Source: Terriglobia bacterium (GTDB lineage Bacteria > Acidobacteriota > Terriglobia > UBA7540). Taken from it: a DNA stretch of 18,965 bases. The stretch lies in contig JBHGBD010000048.1 of the NCBI GenBank assembly GCA_041946825.1, positions 1 through 18,965 of the forward strand, written 5' to 3'. Both the position numbers and the translations under genes were made by a program. The notes under the pieces are model-generated. The model was not told the origin of the DNA. It searched no databases and saw only the letters and a list, made by a program, of their open reading frames with translations. Positions 15,729-18,965 of this stretch are shown in pieces (position 1 is the first letter of the stretch; each line of letters starts with the position of its first letter).

Positions 15729-15756
15729 CAGTTGTCAGTTGCCAGTTGCCAGACGC
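15729..15756. repeat. Tandem heptads CAGTTGT-CAGTTGC-CAGTTGC-CAGACGC (CTGGCAACTGGCAACTGACAACTG on the minus strand) between the flotillin stop and the CA start
   Basis: Read directly. Confidence 0.6.
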
Positions 15757-15793
15757 CAGCTATCACTCCCGGAGATTGGAGTCAAAGTTTCCG

Positions 15794-17383
15794 TTACTCT
15801 GCCTTCTTCGCTTTGGCTGCTGGCAGCTCGCCGGGAGTCTTTGCTGCCTCCACAGCTTTGCTCCCATTGGCTGCGCCAAGTTGCGCAAGCACGGTCGGGA
15901 TATCGAGCCCCAGCGCCTGCAGTTGCTGGAGAAGGCTAAACACGAGCGCCGGGCCGGTCTTGGCGATGCGCCCGATGCCGCCCGTGCCGTCGCCCGTGGC
16001 GCCGTTGCCCTGCTCGATGACGACGACCTTGTCAATATTCCCGAGCGGCGCGGCCACGGCGCCAAAGATGCCCGCCGAGGATTGCAGCACGCTCGGCAGC
16101 TTCTCCAGGATTGTCTGAAGTTTGGCCGCGTCGTTGAATTGTTTCCAGGCCTCGGCCTTCTTCAGGATGGCCTGAGCTTCCGCCACACCTTGCGCCTCAA
16201 TGGCGCGCGCCTGCGCCAAGCCCATCGCCTCGATCTTCGCGGCCTCGGCGCGGCCTTCGGCTTCGACGGCCGCGGCCCGGCCCAAGCCCTCCGCCTTCAG
16301 TTTTTCCTGCTGAGCCTGGGCCATGGCGATTTGCGCCGCCTTCTGCCCGTCAGCTTCGAGAATCGCCGCCTGCTTCTTAGCCTCGGCGCGGACAATGGCC
16401 GCCAGTCGCTCGGCCTCCGCTGCCTTCACCACCGAGGCTTCGAGTTCTTTCTGCTTGCGCATCACTTCCTGTTCCTGGACGCCGATCTGCTCCAATGTCC
16501 GGGTCTTCTCGATGCGCACTTCCTCCGCCACCACACTCTGACGGGCCTTGGCATCGGCCTGAGGACCGGCTTGCGCGGCCTTCGCCTTTTCGATCTCAAT
16601 TTCCGCCTGGTAGGCCGCCTGTTTCACCTGGAAGTCGCGCTGCGCGGCGGCGATGTTCGCGTCGGCGTCAAACTTGGCTTTCTCGCCTTCCTGCATGGCC
16701 AGCGCGGACTTGATCTTGGCGTCGCGCATGGCTTCGGCTTCGCCGATGGTGCCGTCGCGCTTGACCTCGGCCGTACGCTTCTTGCCCAGCGCATCGAGGT
16801 AGCCTTCCTCATCGCTGATGTCCTGAATCGTCAGCACGTCCACGCCGATGCCCATGCGCTCCAGGTCCACGGCAGCTTCCGACGTCAGTTTCTGGGCAAA
16901 GCTCTGCCGGTCGCTGTTGACCTCTTCCACGGTCAACGTGCCGAGAATCGAGCGCAGGTGCCCTTCCAGCGTCTGGAAGATGACGCGCTGAATCTGGTCG
17001 TGAGTCATCGCCAGGAAGCGCTCAGCGGCGGCGGCCAGCGAAACGTCGTCGCCTTTAATCTTGACGTTGGCGACGGCCTTGACCGAAATCGGCACACCCT
17101 TGAGCGTGTAGGCGCGCTTGATTTCGAGGGGAATTGTGAAGACGTTCAGAGAAAGGTAATCGACCTTTTCGAGTAGCGGCCAGCGGAAACTTGCGCCGCC
17201 CTTTACCATCCGGTAGCCGACGATCCGGCCATCCGGCAGCTTGCGCTTTCGCCCGCTGAAGATCGCGACCACGTTGGGCGGGACTTTCAGGTAGTTCTTG
17301 CCAAACAGCGCCATCGCCACGATCAGCGCCAGAACCACGAGCATTACGACTATTGGAATAAGGTATTGTTCGAGTGCTTCCAT
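15794..17383 (-). CDS. Flotillin (SPFH/Band-7 domain, FloT/YqiK-like), 529 aa
   Basis: An N-terminal TM helix is followed by an SPFH core (LSLNVFTIPLEIKRAYTLKGVPISVKAVANVKIKGD...). Long EA-rich coiled-coil repeats follow (AEAERLAAIVRAEAKKQAAILEADGQKAAQIAMAQAQQEKLKAEGL), then a glycine-rich tail. The SD GGAGGAA is 4-5 nt before the ATG. Confidence 0.9.
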   Translation of the reverse strand: MEALEQYLIPIVVMLVVLALIVAMALFGKNYLKVPPNVVAIFSGRKRKLPDGRIVGYRMVKGGASFRWPLLEKVDYLSLNVFTIPLEIKRAYTLKGVPISVKAVANVKIKGDDVSLAAAAERFLAMTHDQIQRVIFQTLEGHLRSILGTLTVEEVNSDRQSFAQKLTSEAAVDLERMGIGVDVLTIQDISDEEGYLDALGKKRTAEVKRDGTIGEAEAMRDAKIKSALAMQEGEKAKFDADANIAAAQRDFQVKQAAYQAEIEIEKAKAAQAGPQADAKARQSVVAEEVRIEKTRTLEQIGVQEQEVMRKQKELEASVVKAAEAERLAAIVRAEAKKQAAILEADGQKAAQIAMAQAQQEKLKAEGLGRAAAVEAEGRAEAAKIEAMGLAQARAIEAQGVAEAQAILKKAEAWKQFNDAAKLQTILEKLPSVLQSSAGIFGAVAAPLGNIDKVVVIEQGNGATGDGTGGIGRIAKTGPALVFSLLQQLQALGLDIPTVLAQLGAANGSKAVEAAKTPGELPAAKAKKAE

Positions 17384-17410
17384 GACTTCCTCCGCTGACT
17401 TTGGCTCCCG

Positions 17411-17418
17411 GTTGCCAG
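17411..17418. repeat. GTTGCCAG (CTGGCAAC on the operon strand) copy in the nfeD-flotillin spacer
   Basis: cccggttgccagcagcc. Five copies of this 8-mer lie on the same strand, all in spacers of the minus-strand operon. The chance expectation for the window is about 0.3 per strand. Confidence 0.5.
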
Positions 17419-17512
17419 CAGCCCGTTCCGAGTCGCGCCTGGGGAGTGTTCCTCAGACCAACGCGCGTTGCCGTACCTCTGCCTCTTTCCTCCGGCCTTC
17501 GATTTTCGCTTC

Positions 17513-18058
17513 TTAACTCTTCCTCACAATCATCGTATCTCCGACGACCGCTTCGATTTTGACGAGGGCGTTGGAAGCAATCTCCTCGCCGTCAACGGAG
17601 CGCGCGATCTTCTCAACAACGCTCTCACCCAACTGGCAGCGCACCTGGCCGAGGCCGCCTTTGGGTATGGTCACGGACACGCTGGCCGTACCGCCGATCA
17701 AGTCGCTGACGTGCACCTCGCTCGATGCTTCCTGGCCGTGCAGAAACCTTACGAATACATAGACTATCCCGCCGAAGACAAAGCCGCTGGCCAGGCCCAT
17801 TGCGGTACTGACACCGATACCAAAGCCGGAATGGATCCCGATGGCGCCAAAGCCGCCGAACGCCGTAACGAATACACTGAGAATCCGTCCGCTCAGGAAA
17901 CTCGGACCTCCTCCATGCGTGTCAACATCGTGGTCGCCGAACCAATCCCCGAAATCGAAGATCTCTCCGGCGACGAAGCTGACAACCAAAACGAGGAATC
18001 CAATGGCCGCCAGGCCAAGGAACACACCAAAGGCGGAGAACGAAGCGAGGATGAACAT
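17513..18058 (-). CDS. NfeD-family short membrane protein (YuaF/YqiJ-like), the flotillin partner
   Basis: N-terminal TM helices are followed by a C-terminal OB-fold-like segment (GTASVSVTIPKGGLGQVRCQLGESVVEKIARSVDGEEIASNALVKIEAVVGDTMIVRK). It lies immediately upstream of the flotillin gene, which is the canonical nfeD-flotillin order. The SD GGGGGAGG is upstream. Confidence 0.8.
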   Translation of the reverse strand: MFILASFSAFGVFLGLAAIGFLVLVVSFVAGEIFDFGDWFGDHDVDTHGGGPSFLSGRILSVFVTAFGGFGAIGIHSGFGIGVSTAMGLASGFVFGGIVYVFVRFLHGQEASSEVHVSDLIGGTASVSVTIPKGGLGQVRCQLGESVVEKIARSVDGEEIASNALVKIEAVVGDTMIVRKS

Positions 18059-18190
18059 GGGCCGAAGCCTCCCCCAGAGCGAGGGCGCCGGTCTTGCAGG
18101 CGGCTAACCCGCAGTGCGGACGAAGGTAACTCCAGGCGGCGCTTACTCTAAAGCCCCAATTGACCGAAGTCAAGGAGGTGTCGCAAAGTA

Positions 18191-18218
18191 GACAGTCGGC
18201 AGTCGACAGTCGAAAGTT
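18191..18218. repeat. Tandem heptads GACAGTC-GGCAGTC-GACAGTC-GAAAGTT in the divergent nfeD/VOC promoter region
   Basis: Read directly. It is related to the CAGT[TC]G heptads of the operon spacers. Confidence 0.55.
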
Positions 18219-18380
18219 GAATGCTGGAAAGCGCGCCGCCCCACGCGAGGGCATGAATTGCATGGCGACGCGACAACGGGACACGAAGGCCGTGGACGGC
18301 TGAGGGCGGTGGCCGACAACCATCAATTCACGACGAACGACTGACAATCTGATTGGAGCGCAAACCGCTTGGAGGAAACC

Positions 18381-18851
18381 ATGCCCGACAAAGTAAAACC
18401 CATCCCCGAAGGCTATCACGCTGTAACGCCATACCTGATTGTGAGGGGTGCGGCCGCGGCGCTCGATTTCTATAAGCAGGCGTTCGGCGCCGCGGAACTG
18501 CTTCGCATGCCAGGTCCCGGCGGGCGCATCGGCCACGCGGAAATCAAGGTCGGAGACTCGGTTGTCATGCTCGCCGACGAGCATCCGGAACTCGGCGCGC
18601 GTAGCCCCGAATCCATCGGGGGCACGCCGGTCAGCATCCTGCTCTACGTGGCAGACGTCGATTCGATCTTCGCCCGGGCTGTGGCAGCCGGGGCCAAAGT
18701 TGAGCGTCCAGTGGAGAACAAGTTCTACGGCGACCGCATAGGCGGGATCATCGATCCTTTCGGACACAAGTGGTATCTGGCCACACACGTCGAGGATGTC
18801 TCGCCGGAGGAAATGCAGAGGCGCGCCAGCGCCGCGAAAAGCCAAGCCTGA
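18381..18851 (+). CDS. VOC (glyoxalase/bleomycin-resistance/PhnB-like) family protein, 156 aa
   Basis: The SD GGAGGAA at 18371-18377 precedes the ATG at 18381; the ORF track starts 4 codons earlier at a TTG. The sequence shows PhnB-like motifs: HAVTPYLIV..A..A..FY..AFGA.E..R...PGG.I.HAE...GDS.VMLADE ... G.KWYL. Confidence 0.85.
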   Translation: MPDKVKPIPEGYHAVTPYLIVRGAAAALDFYKQAFGAAELLRMPGPGGRIGHAEIKVGDSVVMLADEHPELGARSPESIGGTPVSILLYVADVDSIFARAVAAGAKVERPVENKFYGDRIGGIIDPFGHKWYLATHVEDVSPEEMQRRASAAKSQA

Positions 18852-18893
18852 GAGGGCGAAGTCGTCCGGATCAATTCCAGAGTCTGAGGCATC

Positions 18894-18965
<72 letters not shown>

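Noticed and set aside
15413-17176. 587-aa plus-strand ORF (and 15400..15939, 15591..16118, 16323..16713)
   Set aside because: It is antisense to the clearly homologous flotillin gene. It is Arg/Leu/Gly-rich low-complexity, typical of a GC-rich open antisense frame.
17922-18845. 307-aa minus-strand ORF
   Set aside because: It is antisense to the VOC-family gene and the nfeD upstream region, has Arg-rich composition, and has no domain.

Overview
GC-rich bacterial chromosomal segment, with codon usage and gene content resembling a soil Acidobacteria-like genome (inference only). The left half (713-7291, minus strand) is one giant gene of about 2190 codons. It encodes a Sec-secreted, repeat-rich fibrous protein of the phage tail-fibre/tailspike type, ending in a self-cleaving intramolecular-chaperone (Peptidase S74) domain. 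A 1.15-kb ORF-poor, AT-richer spacer lies upstream of it. Next come a ParB-like HTH protein gene and a tRNA-like 3' fragment (anticodon-loop to CCA, Thr-CGU-like) that looks like an att-site remnant. The right half is ordinary chromosome. It contains a small stand-alone J-domain protein, a secreted 7-bladed beta-propeller lactonase and a secreted SASA-type (sialate) O-acetylesterase. It also holds a minus-strand operon of nfeD, flotillin, a beta-carbonic-anhydrase-like protein and an MgtC/DUF4010 membrane protein, followed by a VOC/glyoxalase-family protein. The window ends inside a tRNA-Ser(GCU) on the minus strand. The intergenic spacers of the flotillin operon carry a recurrent CTGGCAAC(TGACAACTG) element and tandem heptads. 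An exact 12-mer (TCCACTGTTCAC) is shared by the upstream regions of the esterase and MgtC genes. Most long plus-strand ORFs inside the giant gene and the flotillin gene are antisense artefacts of high GC. My coordinates on a few lines may be off by 1 nt relative to the ORF track.
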